NCBI GenBank assembly: GCA_017451485.1
Contig: JAFTOG010000046.1
Span: 3,630 to 67,629 of the forward strand
Origin: Clostridia bacterium
Lineage (GTDB): Bacteria > Bacillota > Clostridia > Oscillospirales > CAG-272
Length of the DNA: 64,000 nucleotides
Reading direction: 5' to 3'
The notes beneath the pieces were generated by a model that was not told the DNA's origin, did not search any database, and worked only from the letters and a program-made list of their open reading frames with translations. A program made the translations under genes and the position numbers. Positions 39,255 to 50,070 of this stretch are shown in pieces (positions within the stretch are counted from its first letter, which is position 1; every line of letters begins with the position of its first letter).

Positions 39255-39438
39255 TTTGAATCTTCTTTCCTTGTAAAAGTCATTTCTTCAGCTATATATT
39301 ATATCAAAAAAAATATAATGTGTCAAGCATCTGGATTTATTTGAGTTATTTTCTGTAAAAAGGACGAAACAGGTTGACAATGTGTTAATCTTTTTGTTAT
39401 AATTAATAAAAAATACTATCCAAACGGAGTTTATATAA

Positions 39439-41055
39439 ATGTTCAAATCAAAAAATAAAACCGCACTTGTGCATATGGTCAAGGACTCGGTCAAGGCTGT
39501 CCTTCCCGTTGCATTAATAATACTTGTACTGTGTTTCACCGTGGCACCCGTGGATATCTCGAGCTTTACCTCTTTCATTTTCGGAGCTGTTATGATTGTA
39601 TTCGGTATGGCTTTATTCTCCCTTGGAGCAGAAATGTCTATGACTCCGATGGGCGAATATGTAGGTGCACAGATGACAAAATCCAAAAAGATATGGCTAA
39701 TAATTATTCTTTCCTTCCTGGTAGGATTTATGATAACTATGTCCGAGCCCGATTTGCAGATTCTTGCACAGTATGCTCCTTCAATTGACAAAAATGTTAT
39801 TGTTTATTCGGTTTCCGCAGGAGTAGGAGCCTTTCTTGTGGTTGCTATGCTCCGTATAGTATTTGGTATAAAGCTGAAATACCTTCTTATGGGTTTTTAC
39901 GCTGTTGTTTTTGTCCTCGCATTTTTCGTTAGCCCCGATTTCTGGGCTATCGCCTTTGACTCCGGTGGAGTAACAACAGGCCCTATGACAGTTCCCTTTA
40001 TCATGGCTCTCGGTGTTGGTGTTGCGTCCATACGATATGACTCCAAGGGCGGTGGAGACTCCTTCGGTCTTGTTGCCCTCTGCTCGGTAGGTCCCATAGT
40101 TGCAGTGCTTGTACTTGGCCTTGTTATGGGTAGTGAGGGAGGACAGGGAGAGTCCTTCAATGTATCGGAATTTGAGTCATCGAGAGATTTTGCTCTCCAT
40201 TATCTTAAGGAGCTTCCTCATTACTTCAAAGAAATAGCACTGGCACTTTTACCCATTGTAGCATTCTTCTTCGTATATCAGATGATAGTTAAGCCTCTTT
40301 CAAAGAAGCATCTTACAAAAATTCTTATCGGTGTTATCTATACATATTTAGGTCTTGTACTGTTTTTAACGGGTGCTAATGTAGGCTTCATGCCTGTCGG
40401 TAATCTTTTAGGTAAGTGTTTAGGATCAACGAGCTATTCCTTTATAGCCGTACCTATCGGTATGATAATCGGATTCTTTATTGTAGCAGCTGAGCCAGCT
40501 GTACAGATACTTCAAAAGCAGGTAGAGGATGTAACATCCGGTGCCATACCCAAAAAAGCTCTTGGCTTTGCCCTTGAAATCGGTGTTGCTATATCTGTTG
40601 GAATTGCTATTTTGAGAGCACTCACCGGTATTTCAATTATGTATCCCATCCTTATAGGATACGCCATAGCATTTATATTAAGCTTCTTTGTTCCGGATAT
40701 ATTTACATCCATAGCCTTTGACTCCGGTGGAGTCGCATCCGGTCCTATGACAGCCTGCTTTCTTCTCCCCTTCGCTATGGGAATATGCGAGGCTACAGGC
40801 AACAATATAGTAACAGATGCCTTTGGTACTGTTGCAATGGTAGCAATGACTCCTCTTATTGCTATACAGATACTCGGCGTTGCATATAAAATCAAGCTTA
40901 AAAAGGCTGAAACAAGTGAATTGCCCGATATCGTTGATGAGGTTGTGGAGCTTTCCAAGAGTGCAGAAATATCTACAGATGACAACGCAAGGGCTATTGA
41001 TTTAAATGCAACAGCATCATCTGCCTACATTGATGATGAAATTATTGATTTCTAA
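39439..41055 (+). CDS. DUF1538 tandem-domain membrane protein
   Basis: Two AFDSGGV..GPMT repeats; many TM helices; promoter TTGACA-18-TATAAT at 39374-39403. Confidence 0.9.
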   Translation: MFKSKNKTALVHMVKDSVKAVLPVALIILVLCFTVAPVDISSFTSFIFGAVMIVFGMALFSLGAEMSMTPMGEYVGAQMTKSKKIWLIIILSFLVGFMITMSEPDLQILAQYAPSIDKNVIVYSVSAGVGAFLVVAMLRIVFGIKLKYLLMGFYAVVFVLAFFVSPDFWAIAFDSGGVTTGPMTVPFIMALGVGVASIRYDSKGGGDSFGLVALCSVGPIVAVLVLGLVMGSEGGQGESFNVSEFESSRDFALHYLKELPHYFKEIALALLPIVAFFFVYQMIVKPLSKKHLTKILIGVIYTYLGLVLFLTGANVGFMPVGNLLGKCLGSTSYSFIAVPIGMIIGFFIVAAEPAVQILQKQVEDVTSGAIPKKALGFALEIGVAISVGIAILRALTGISIMYPILIGYAIAFILSFFVPDIFTSIAFDSGGVASGPMTACFLLPFAMGICEATGNNIVTDAFGTVAMVAMTPLIAIQILGVAYKIKLKKAETSELPDIVDEVVELSKSAEISTDDNARAIDLNATASSAYIDDEIIDF

Positions 41056-41067
41056 GGAGGTGACAGT

Positions 41068-41748
41068 ATGCAAAAAATGTATTTAGTCCTTACTATTACA
41101 AACCGTGAGGACGAAAAAGAATTTACCGAATTCTTTAATCAAAAGGAAATACCTGTTGTGTACAGTACCCCCTGTCACGGCACTGCCAAAAAAAGCATAC
41201 TCGACCTCTTCGGAGCTGAGGAAAGCTTAAAAACTGCTCACTACACAATAATTACAGAAAACAAAAAATGTGAGCTTCTTAAGGGTCTTACAAGAGAAAT
41301 GGCAATAGATCTGCCAAACCGTGGAATAGCAGTTTGTATTCCACTTTCCAGTATTGGAAGCAGACATGCCCTTGAGGCATTTTCCGATGGGCATCAGAAT
41401 GACGAAACAGAAAACGAGGTGAAGGATATGGCACAGTGTGAAACAGAGCTTATAATTGCTATATGCGAGAATGGTCATACCGAAAAGGTTATGGAGGCAG
41501 CCCGTGAGGCAGGTGCCGCAGGAGGCACTGTCGTTCACGCAAAGGGAACAGGAGCAAAATATGCTAAGTTCTTTGGTCTTACTCTTGCTGACGAAAAGGA
41601 AATGATATACATTGTTTCCACAAAGGAAAACAAGAAAAACATTATGACTTCAATAATTCAGGGTGCCGGTCCTCATACCGATGCCCACGCAGTGGTATTC
41701 TCTCTTCCTGTATCAGATACAGCAGGACTCAGAATATTCGATAAATAA
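41068..41748 (+). CDS. Double P-II-like domain protein
   Basis: VMEAAREAGAAGGTVVHAKGTG and FSLPV; typical partner of DUF1538. Confidence 0.88.
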   Translation: MQKMYLVLTITNREDEKEFTEFFNQKEIPVVYSTPCHGTAKKSILDLFGAEESLKTAHYTIITENKKCELLKGLTREMAIDLPNRGIAVCIPLSSIGSRHALEAFSDGHQNDETENEVKDMAQCETELIIAICENGHTEKVMEAAREAGAAGGTVVHAKGTGAKYAKFFGLTLADEKEMIYIVSTKENKKNIMTSIIQGAGPHTDAHAVVFSLPVSDTAGLRIFDK

Positions 41749-41803
41749 GTAAAATGTCCCTCGCTTTTTGGCGAGGGACGATTTTAGCATAAGGAGAAAA
41801 GCT

Positions 41804-42823
41804 ATGATTAAACCTGAAAAGCAATTTTTTCTTTTTGGAATGGGCCATAGAGAAAAAACCGTATACAAGGATGGAAAATTAAGCACCGTTATGGAAAATT
41901 CTGTGCTCTACAGCTGGGATGTGGCTAAAGAGGAGTTTTTCTATGACGAATACAAGGTTGTGCTTACATTAAAGGATGGAACAACTGTTAAAATATACGA
42001 AAATGACGAGGGAGTGTATGTAAACGATACCTGCATTGCCTCTTCAAGATTGAATTTACCTGATTTTGAGGAATACAAATATCCAAAGCAGTTAAGAATA
42101 CTCCATCACGAAATTCTTATAAGCTTTTACGGTGTTTTGCCTGTGCCCAATATATATGTTTACCATAAGCCCTGGTACAGGGACGGAGCAATGATGGCTC
42201 TCGTTCTTGAAAAGACAGGCAATATTGAGCTTCTTCGCCCATGGGCAACATCTGTTACAGATCTCTACGACAGAAACAATAAAGGTAATTGCGAGCCCGA
42301 TAATCTTGGACAGCTTGCATTTATACTTTCATTCATCACAGACAAGGATAGCCCAATTGTCAAGGATATAATTGATGAGGCAAAAAGAATTATGGAGGAT
42401 GGCTGTCTTACAGGTATTACCGATTATAACCACCATGAAATATATTCTACCCTGTGGCTGAAATATGGACTTTCTAAGCTTAGTGTAGACACTGATTTTA
42501 TTAAAATCCCCAATAAGTTTGATAGCTACGCCCGTATGTTCTGGATGGACAGGCAAGAGGTAGAGACCACCACTCCCTTTGATAATAAATATGACGAGTG
42601 GTACCCATATCTTTGGTGGGCAGTCAGGCATTTCAATAATGAGCCAATAGATGAGTCCCTGCTTGAAATTAAATATCCTATGAGCTGGGAAATCTGTGCA
42701 TCTGAAGCGAACTATCCCGATATTGCTCCACTTAGTGAGGAGTATGCAAGAGCAAAATGCGGTGCCCCCCACTCATGGCACGCAGCCGAAATGTTTATGT
42801 ATCTTACAGAAATGAAAAAATAG
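41804..42823 (+). CDS. Hypothetical protein, possible (alpha/alpha)6 glycosidase-like fold
   Basis: PWYRDGAMMALVL, EPDNLGQ, PHSWHAAEM. ATG follows AAGGAG; preceded by hairpin 41751-41785. Confidence 0.55.
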   Translation: MIKPEKQFFLFGMGHREKTVYKDGKLSTVMENSVLYSWDVAKEEFFYDEYKVVLTLKDGTTVKIYENDEGVYVNDTCIASSRLNLPDFEEYKYPKQLRILHHEILISFYGVLPVPNIYVYHKPWYRDGAMMALVLEKTGNIELLRPWATSVTDLYDRNNKGNCEPDNLGQLAFILSFITDKDSPIVKDIIDEAKRIMEDGCLTGITDYNHHEIYSTLWLKYGLSKLSVDTDFIKIPNKFDSYARMFWMDRQEVETTTPFDNKYDEWYPYLWWAVRHFNNEPIDESLLEIKYPMSWEICASEANYPDIAPLSEEYARAKCGAPHSWHAAEMFMYLTEMKK

Positions 42824-42826
42824 ATA

Positions 42827-42859
42827 AGAAAGCACACTTCAGAGTGAAGTGTGCTTTCT
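42827..42859. terminator. Bidirectional terminator
   Basis: Perfect 15-bp stem agaaagcacacttca-gag-tgaagtgtgctttct. Confidence 0.85.
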
Positions 42860-42864
42860 GATAT

Positions 42865-44439
42865 TTACTCGTCAATTCCTACCTTAGCCTTATCAAATTC
42901 AGCCTCAATTTCTTCAGAAGGCTTCTTTGAAAGTAATGAAGCAACAACAATCGCAATACATGATACAATGAATGCGGGAAGGAGCTCATAAATACCGAAT
43001 ACGCCTCCAAGGGGATTAAGAACAAGCTTCCAAATAAATACAGAAGCAGCTCCTGCTATCATACCGGCAATAGCACCTGTGCGAGTAGTTCTCTTCCAGA
43101 AGAGTGAGAACAGCATTATGGGACCGAAGGTGGCACCAAAGCCTGCCCACGCAAAGGATACAAGTGAGAATATAACGCTGTTTTCATCCCAGGCGATAAT
43201 CATACCGATTATTGCAATCAAAACAAGAACTATTCTTGAAAGCCACATGACCTTTTTATCATCAACCTTCTTGTCCTTCTTGATAATACCCTCGTAAATG
43301 TTCTTTGATACGGAGGATGCGGCAATAAGGAGATATGAGTCTGATGAGCTGATGGTCGCAGCAAGAATACCTGCCATAATTACGCCTGCAATAATGGGAG
43401 GCAAATAATCTGTAGCCATTTCAATAAATACATTTTCTGCTCCTCCCTTGGAGAGAAGAACATCGTTTATAGGCATAAGTGCTCTTCCTACAATACCAAT
43501 AAACACAGCTACGGTAAGAGAAATAATAACCCATATAGTTGCAATTCTTCTTGAACGCTTGATTTCACCGGGCTTACGGATAGCCATAAATCTGAGAAGA
43601 ACCTGGGGGACACCAAAATAGCCGAGACCCCAAGCAAGCATCGAGAATATGGTGAGGACTCCGTAATCGGATGCCGAGCCAAACAGAGGAGCTCCGTTTT
43701 CCACAGCCTGCATACCGTTTTCTCCAACTATAGGGGATGCAATGTGGTTAAGGGAGAAAAATCCGGGGATTTCCTTTGCGTTTTCCATTACAGCACCGAA
43801 GCCACCTGCATTTACAACACCAACAATAACCATAACTACGAGTGCACCTATCATTACAATAGCCTGCATAAAGTCGGATACACTCTCAGCAAGGAATCCA
43901 CCGATAAGTGTGTAAGCGATAACGAAGGCGGCACCGATTATCATCATCCAATGATAATCAAATCCGAAAAGGGTGCTGAAAAGCTTACCACAGGTTACAA
44001 AGCAGCTTGCAGCGTAAACGGTAAAGAAAACAAGAATAAATACAGCGGAAATACCAAGAATCACCTTTTTCTTTTCGTGGAAACGGTTGCTGAAAAAGTC
44101 AGGGATTGTAATCGCATTTCCCGATACTGCTGAATAATTTCTGAGTCGCTTAGCTACTATAAGCCAGTTTACATATGTACCGATAGCAAGACCGATAGCA
44201 GTCCAGAATGCATCTGCAAGACCACACCAATATGCAACACCGGGAAGACCCATAAGCAGCCATCCACTCATATCCGATGCTTCTGCACTCATTGCGGCAA
44301 CCCAAGGACCAAGAGTTCTACCACCTAGGAAGTAGTTCTCTGAGTTTTTTTGAGCACGCTTGTAAAAATATACGCCGATACCGATAACGATAGACATATA
44401 CAGTACCATCGTGATTAGTATCTGAATTTTGTCGTTCAT
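42865..44439 (-). CDS. putP: Sodium/proline symporter
   Basis: YFLGGR.LGPWVAAMSAEASDMSGWLLMGLPG, AWGLGYFG, AWAGFGATFGP. Confidence 0.92.
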   Translation of the reverse strand: MNDKIQILITMVLYMSIVIGIGVYFYKRAQKNSENYFLGGRTLGPWVAAMSAEASDMSGWLLMGLPGVAYWCGLADAFWTAIGLAIGTYVNWLIVAKRLRNYSAVSGNAITIPDFFSNRFHEKKKVILGISAVFILVFFTVYAASCFVTCGKLFSTLFGFDYHWMMIIGAAFVIAYTLIGGFLAESVSDFMQAIVMIGALVVMVIVGVVNAGGFGAVMENAKEIPGFFSLNHIASPIVGENGMQAVENGAPLFGSASDYGVLTIFSMLAWGLGYFGVPQVLLRFMAIRKPGEIKRSRRIATIWVIISLTVAVFIGIVGRALMPINDVLLSKGGAENVFIEMATDYLPPIIAGVIMAGILAATISSSDSYLLIAASSVSKNIYEGIIKKDKKVDDKKVMWLSRIVLVLIAIIGMIIAWDENSVIFSLVSFAWAGFGATFGPIMLFSLFWKRTTRTGAIAGMIAGAASVFIWKLVLNPLGGVFGIYELLPAFIVSCIAIVVASLLSKKPSEEIEAEFDKAKVGIDE

Positions 44440-44579
44440 GATAAAGTCTCCTACATGAATAAAATTATAAAAACAATATATTTATTTTAACATGACATCT
44501 TCCGTTTGTCAACCATATTTGATTATTTAATAAGAAGCATCCGTGTGTTACGACGGATGCTTTATTTTTTGTTCAAAAA

Positions 44580-45116
44580 TTAATAGTTTTCTGCGTGGAT
44601 TTCAAAATAGCTCTGAGGATGTGCACATGTGGGGCAAATCTGTGGAGCCTTTGTTCCAACTACAATGTGACCGCAATTACGGCACTCCCAAACCTTAACC
44701 TCACTCTTTTCAAATACTTGTGCTGTCTCTACATTCTTGAGAAGAGCACGATAGCGTTCCTCGTGGTGCTTTTCAACTGCTGCAACGAGTCTGAACTTGA
44801 TAGCGAGCTCCTTAAAGCCCTCTTCCTCTGCTGTCTTGGCAAAGCCCTCATACATATCTGTCCACTCATAGTTTTCTCCCTCTGCTGCAGACAGGAGATT
44901 TGCTGCTGTATCACCAATACCTCCAAGCTCCTTGAACCACATTTTTGCGTGTTCCTTCTCATTTTCTGCTGTTTTTAAGAAAAGTGCGGAAATCTGTTCG
45001 TAGCCCTCTTTCTTTGCAACGGAAGCAAAATAAGTATATTTGTTTCTTGCTTCGGATTCACCGGAAAAGGCAGCCTGTAGATTTTTCTCTGTTTTTGTTC
45101 CTGCGTATTTTGACAT
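44580..45116 (-). CDS. rbr: Rubrerythrin
   Basis: [28 protein letters not shown]-terminal CRNCG...CPTC. Confidence 0.96.
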   Translation of the reverse strand: MSKYAGTKTEKNLQAAFSGESEARNKYTYFASVAKKEGYEQISALFLKTAENEKEHAKMWFKELGGIGDTAANLLSAAEGENYEWTDMYEGFAKTAEEEGFKELAIKFRLVAAVEKHHEERYRALLKNVETAQVFEKSEVKVWECRNCGHIVVGTKAPQICPTCAHPQSYFEIHAENY

Positions 45117-45141
45117 AATTCATCCTCCTTAAAAATAATAC

Positions 45142-45180
45142 TTATAATATGATTATACAACTTTGTAGGTCCTTAGTCAA
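45142..45180 (-). promoter_or_regulatory. Sigma-A promoter of rbr with a dyad overlapping the -10
   Basis: TTGACT-17-TATAAT followed by CATATTATAA. Confidence 0.7.
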
Positions 45181-45187
45181 TATAAAT

Positions 45188-46687
45188 TCAATTTTTTAAT
45201 ATTTCGCTTATTGCTGTGCTAATAGCTTTTACGGTATCGCCGGATGTCATGCTTACAGGATTTGTATCCTTTTCGGCAAATTCTCCTGCCAAACCGTTTA
45301 TGTATGCTCCTGATGCTACTGCAAGCGGAATAGATATATTGTCAGGTATTTGAGATAGAATACCAAGGAGTACACCACATAGGACATCTCCGCTTCCTGC
45401 AGTTGCCATTCCACTGCACCCTGTGTCTGAAATATATATATCTTTTCCGTCAGATACAACAGTTCCGGAGCCTTTTAGCAGGATGGTACAGGCATATTCC
45501 TTAGCAAATGAAAAGGCAGCGTTAATGGGATTACTCAATATGTCGTCGATCCATATTCCTGACAGTCTTTCCATTTCTTTAGGGTGAGGTGTCAGCACCA
45601 CATTGCATTTTGTTTCCTTCAATATTTTCATACCGTATCTTGCCAGAGCATTGAGTCCGTCTGCGTCAATAATTACGGTTATGGCATAATTTTTTAATAT
45701 ATGTACAAGGATTTTATGTACATTTTCCGTATTACCTATTCCCATTCCAACAGCAACAACCTTTACTCCTCTTAAAAGACCGTCAATTTCCGTGGGGTCA
45801 AATATTATACTGCCGTCTACATCAGTCAATGGGTAAAAGGTACTTTCCAATAGATATGGTGAAACGGATGGAAAAAGACTTTTGGCTGTTGCTAATTTGA
45901 CAACGCCTGTGCCCGATTTAAGTGCAGAAAGTGCCAGGTTAGCCAGCTTTACAGCTCCGGAATATTCCATACAGCCACCGATTAATGCCGAATATCCGTA
46001 ATTACCCTTGTTGGAAAATGATCTTCTTTCCTTAAATACCGACACACAATCGGACATTTCAATAAGATAATATGGCTTATCGGTAATTTCAATACCGATA
46101 TCACAGTTCGTAAGGCTACCGATATAATCCCTTGCCATACCGAGATGGTGTCCCGCCTTTTCTGTTCCTATGGAAACGGTTAAATGGGATTTAACAGCTT
46201 TTTTTGCCATTCCGTTATCCCCATTCAAGCCACTGTTTATATCTACACTGACAATATAAGCATCGCTTTCATTGACCTTATCTATTACAGCTGCACAGTC
46301 GCCTCTCGGCTCTCCTGCAAATCCTGTACCAAGGATACAGTCGACTAATATATCATAGGAGGAAAAATTGCATTTTATCCACGGAAGTGTGGGAATATTT
46401 ACCTCTAAGCATTTATTAAAATAGTATTTACCGTCATTGGAAAATTTATCATTGCTAACAAGAATTATATCACATTCTATGCCTTTTTCTTTCAGGATAA
46501 GGGCAAGAGCATATCCGTCACCGGCATTATTTCCACTTCCACACACGATTCCGATTTTGCCATACCAGCTTACACTGTTGTATACTCCCATTGCGGCACG
46601 GTGCATAAGTACAGCTCCACTCACACCACCATCAATGGTAGCAAAATCGCTTTTTCGCATTAGTTCTACACTTACAATTTCTTTCAT
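45188..46687 (-). CDS. nnr: Bifunctional NAD(P)H-hydrate epimerase/dehydratase
   Basis: CGSGNNAGDG, DCILGTG, NKGNYG, IDADGLN, LTPHPKE, MATAGSGDVL. Confidence 0.93.
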   Translation of the reverse strand: MKEIVSVELMRKSDFATIDGGVSGAVLMHRAAMGVYNSVSWYGKIGIVCGSGNNAGDGYALALILKEKGIECDIILVSNDKFSNDGKYYFNKCLEVNIPTLPWIKCNFSSYDILVDCILGTGFAGEPRGDCAAVIDKVNESDAYIVSVDINSGLNGDNGMAKKAVKSHLTVSIGTEKAGHHLGMARDYIGSLTNCDIGIEITDKPYYLIEMSDCVSVFKERRSFSNKGNYGYSALIGGCMEYSGAVKLANLALSALKSGTGVVKLATAKSLFPSVSPYLLESTFYPLTDVDGSIIFDPTEIDGLLRGVKVVAVGMGIGNTENVHKILVHILKNYAITVIIDADGLNALARYGMKILKETKCNVVLTPHPKEMERLSGIWIDDILSNPINAAFSFAKEYACTILLKGSGTVVSDGKDIYISDTGCSGMATAGSGDVLCGVLLGILSQIPDNISIPLAVASGAYINGLAGEFAEKDTNPVSMTSGDTVKAISTAISEILKN

Positions 46688-46691
46688 AATG

Positions 46692-48719
46692 TTATTTTAT
46701 CGACACTGTAATGGGGATATTTTTAGTAATCTTATATTTTTTACCGTTTATGACAAGGGTTCCTCCATCCTTGCTTGCACATACGGTAACAGAGTCTTCA
46801 TCCATTTTTACGGATACTTCTCCGTCCAAAACGGGCACCTTACCCTCAAAATGCTTAAAGCACATAAGGTTCGGACATACATCAAAGGTCGCATATCCAA
46901 CAGAGGTCGGACACACACCCAGTGCGTATTTTCCAAGGAGATAAATCGGAGATGCTCCCCAGGCATGGCATAGGCTCTTCCCGTATTTTTCTCCATACAT
47001 TGCATAATGCTCTGCACCCTTCATAGTCGGATCAAATTCCTCCCAGATTGTGGTAGCACCAAGGTTAATCATTCCTCCCCAGTAACTGTGCAGCATATCG
47101 GTAACATATTTAAAATCCCCTATTTTACACATTGCATCCAACTCATAAAACTCAAAATATGGGGTTGTTATAGGTGTAATATTCTTATTGTATATAACAT
47201 TTTTAATTATACTTTCCTGTCTTTCCTTGCTTGTGAGATCAAATAGGAGAGCAAATATATTTGCGTGTCTTGTCACATTCCTTCTGCCCGATGTATAATC
47301 GTCTACAAAGGCACCCTTTTCCTCATCCCAATATAGCTCATTTATTTTGGAACATATATATTCTGCTCTGTCATTACAGTGCTTTACGGTTTCCTCATCT
47401 GATAGTAGTGATGCACATTTTGCCATAGCTGTATAAGCGTGGCAAAGCAGCATCTGTTCCGCACAGATAGGGCCCTCCTTTTTGTCAAAGGTTGACCAGT
47501 CTATAAATACCCAGTCTCCGTTTCTTGTGGTATACATTCCGTCATCAGCAAGTCGTCCCTCTATAAATTCAAGGGTTGAGAGCATATCCGGGTACATATC
47601 TGCAACAAACTGCTTGTCTCCTGTGAAAAAGTAATAATCCCATATTGAGCAGATCCAGTAAAAGGTATAGTCTGTAATGGTATTTATATGTGTAGTCATA
47701 GGGTTCGTTCCACGGAGCATTCGTATGGTTCTTCTTACCGTGTCCGTATCCTTGGTAAGGTAATAATTTACAAAATAGCTTTGATATGCATCTCCACTCC
47801 ACACCCAACGGTCACGCTTGATTCCGTCAAAAAAGCCCTCACGCATATTTAGGTGCAGTGTATATACACAGGTGTCCCATATCTTATTAATAAGAGGAAT
47901 ATCGCATTTGAACTCGGCAGTGTCCTCAATATCAAGATATTCATAATCGAGATAAAGCTCTGCATTTCCGTCGAAGCTCGGTATAAATGCATATCTGAGG
48001 GCAGAGCTCTCTCCTGTAAATTCTCCATTTTTGAAAATGGCGTTAAGGACAAGAGTGGTTTCGTAAATATCTGTTGCCTCCTCCTCTGTTTCACCGAGAG
48101 ATATAAGGAGCTCTTTAATTTCCGGGTTGACATTTTTCAATACGAGCTTACCGAATGTCTCCCTGCCAAAATCGTATAAAACTCCACCCTGTGTTGATTT
48201 TTTGGATACAGGGTCCTTTCTTTTGTACAAAAAATTAAAAATTTCCGGGTTGTCGTCAGGATTATTGTAGGCGTTGTTGTAGCCGGCACTCATATCCTTT
48301 TTATCAAAATCTAGTACCCTCCAGCTTTCATCGGAGGCAAAGGTTTCTCCTTTTACATAAAAACATGGAAAGCCCCCGTCCTTAAAGCCCTTTAGCTTAA
48401 TTTCATACTCGCCGGGTAAAAGCTCTACCTTAACTCCCGACTTGTGGTATTTTCCGTTTATCCAAAGGGTTGCAGTATCGGTGTTTGAAATCAGCTCGAT
48501 TGTTTCTGCCTTTTCAATTTTTGCTTTTTTGTACAGAGTACAATTTCTTCTCGGGCCGTCAACACGCCACATTGGATAATAATATGTGCTTGCAATTTCG
48601 GTTTCCTTATTTGAATTAAGGTTATTGTAAACTCCCAATACTCTTCTTCTGTTATGGAGGAGCATACTGTGATAAAGCTCAAAATCTCCGGGATACCATA
48701 TCCATTTTGACTGTTTCAT
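46692..48719 (-). CDS. GH78 alpha-L-rhamnosidase-like protein
   Basis: DFGRETFG, DGIKRDRWVWSGD, FIDW, GATTIWE, SLCHAWG. Confidence 0.88.
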   Translation of the reverse strand: MKQSKWIWYPGDFELYHSMLLHNRRRVLGVYNNLNSNKETEIASTYYYPMWRVDGPRRNCTLYKKAKIEKAETIELISNTDTATLWINGKYHKSGVKVELLPGEYEIKLKGFKDGGFPCFYVKGETFASDESWRVLDFDKKDMSAGYNNAYNNPDDNPEIFNFLYKRKDPVSKKSTQGGVLYDFGRETFGKLVLKNVNPEIKELLISLGETEEEATDIYETTLVLNAIFKNGEFTGESSALRYAFIPSFDGNAELYLDYEYLDIEDTAEFKCDIPLINKIWDTCVYTLHLNMREGFFDGIKRDRWVWSGDAYQSYFVNYYLTKDTDTVRRTIRMLRGTNPMTTHINTITDYTFYWICSIWDYYFFTGDKQFVADMYPDMLSTLEFIEGRLADDGMYTTRNGDWVFIDWSTFDKKEGPICAEQMLLCHAYTAMAKCASLLSDEETVKHCNDRAEYICSKINELYWDEEKGAFVDDYTSGRRNVTRHANIFALLFDLTSKERQESIIKNVIYNKNITPITTPYFEFYELDAMCKIGDFKYVTDMLHSYWGGMINLGATTIWEEFDPTMKGAEHYAMYGEKYGKSLCHAWGASPIYLLGKYALGVCPTSVGYATFDVCPNLMCFKHFEGKVPVLDGEVSVKMDEDSVTVCASKDGGTLVINGKKYKITKNIPITVSIK

Positions 48720-49435
48720 ATTTTTTCTCCTATTAATTCTATAACAATAATTTCAGGCTTGTTGTTTATTCTCGGTATGAAATGTGGATTTCCAATTCCT
48801 CTGCCAACTATAAATCTGTTATCATACATACCGGATGTGTACTTAGGAAAAATACCCTGTCCGGGAGCAAATATTCCTCTTCCGAAAAATCTCCACTGAC
48901 CTCCGTGGGCGTGGCCTGACAGAATCAGGTTGATATTCTTATTCTTAATAAATTTCGGATAGTATTCCGGGTGGTGAGAAAGAAGAATTTTATATCCCTT
49001 CTCGTTGGAAAATATATCCAGCCAATTAAGGTCAGGGTCCGGTGTGCTTTTGAATCTGCCCTGCTCCATTCCTTTTTTATATCCTGTGGTCAAGCCTCCT
49101 ATTTTGACTCCCATAAATTCCTCAAAGCTATTGTCAAGGAGATGAGTATCTGTTTTGCATATCATTTTAATTATGTCGCCACTGAATTTGCTTTCGTGGT
49201 TTCCAAGAGACATATAAGTAGGATATTTTTTACTGCATTTTTTCAAGAACTCAATGCCTCTTTCATAATTGGAGTCATTATGAATAACGTCTCCCACTGT
49301 CAGAACAGCGTGTGGAGAAATTTTATTTATTGCATCCAGAATCGGCTTGTTATTAAATCCGTGTATATCCGATACCATAACAAATTTTATATTTTCGGCA
49401 ACGACAGCCTTTATTTTATAATTTGTTATTTCCAT
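48716..49435 (-). CDS. Calcineurin-like metallophosphoesterase
   Basis: SDIH, VGD, GNHE, SHHP, GHAHGGQ. Confidence 0.92.
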   Translation of the reverse strand: MEITNYKIKAVVAENIKFVMVSDIHGFNNKPILDAINKISPHAVLTVGDVIHNDSNYERGIEFLKKCSKKYPTYMSLGNHESKFSGDIIKMICKTDTHLLDNSFEEFMGVKIGGLTTGYKKGMEQGRFKSTPDPDLNWLDIFSNEKGYKILLSHHPEYYPKFIKNKNINLILSGHAHGGQWRFFGRGIFAPGQGIFPKYTSGMYDNRFIVGRGIGNPHFIPRINNKPEIIVIELIGEKI

Positions 49436-49521
49436 AGCTACCTCTTTAATAAATCGTTATAATCAGTATATCATATACTTCTCGGTATGTCAAAGGAAAC
49501 ATAAAAAAATCCCCCTGAAAA

Positions 49522-49565
49522 TGATATGCACCTCCAAAAGTCTCTAAACTTTTGGATTCACTTCA
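49522..49565. mobile_element. 44-bp IS3/IS150-like terminal-repeat remnant (mini element) inserted in a terminator loop
   Basis: TG...CA ends; arms tgatatgcacctccaaaagt and (reverse complement) tgaagtgaatccaaaagt; aaa on both flanks; outer stem cccctga/tcagggg. Confidence 0.6.
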
Positions 49566-49586
49566 AAATCAGGGGTATTATCTTTT

Positions 49587-49988
49587 TTATTTCAACTTGA
49601 TTTCAAAAATTGAAGCTTCTCCATCTGCAATTACTGTAATTACAGTGATCGATTTTCCGTTTGCACTTATAATAAATTCTGCATTATGTGCGATGTTTTT
49701 GTCGTCATCCTCGGTTTCTGTAGTGGCAACATGTGTTATTTCATATTGAGAATCCTTTACCACCTCATATATAGCTTTTTCAACAGGCTCAAAATCCTCC
49801 TCTGACATACCGACTACATAGTCCTCGGTATGGATGTGATCTCCTCTCTTTATCATATTGACCACATCTGCAAGTCTTGCTTTAGCCATTTCATCTGTAT
49901 ACTCTGTACCGTTATTTCCACAGGCTACAAGTGTAAATACTGTAGTAAGTAATAAAACAATAGCAACAGCCTTTATTGATTTTTTCAT
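49587..49988 (-). CDS. Hypothetical lipoprotein
   Basis: MKKSIKAVAIVLLLTTVFTLVAC lipobox. Confidence 0.75.
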   Translation of the reverse strand: MKKSIKAVAIVLLLTTVFTLVACGNNGTEYTDEMAKARLADVVNMIKRGDHIHTEDYVVGMSEEDFEPVEKAIYEVVKDSQYEITHVATTETEDDDKNIAHNAEFIISANGKSITVITVIADGEASIFEIKLK

Positions 49989-50070
49989 TTTATACCTCAT
50001 TTTATTGTTTGATTTTTATCTCAGTATACTACTTTTACAGCTTGTTGTCAATACAAAAAAACAAATCCTC

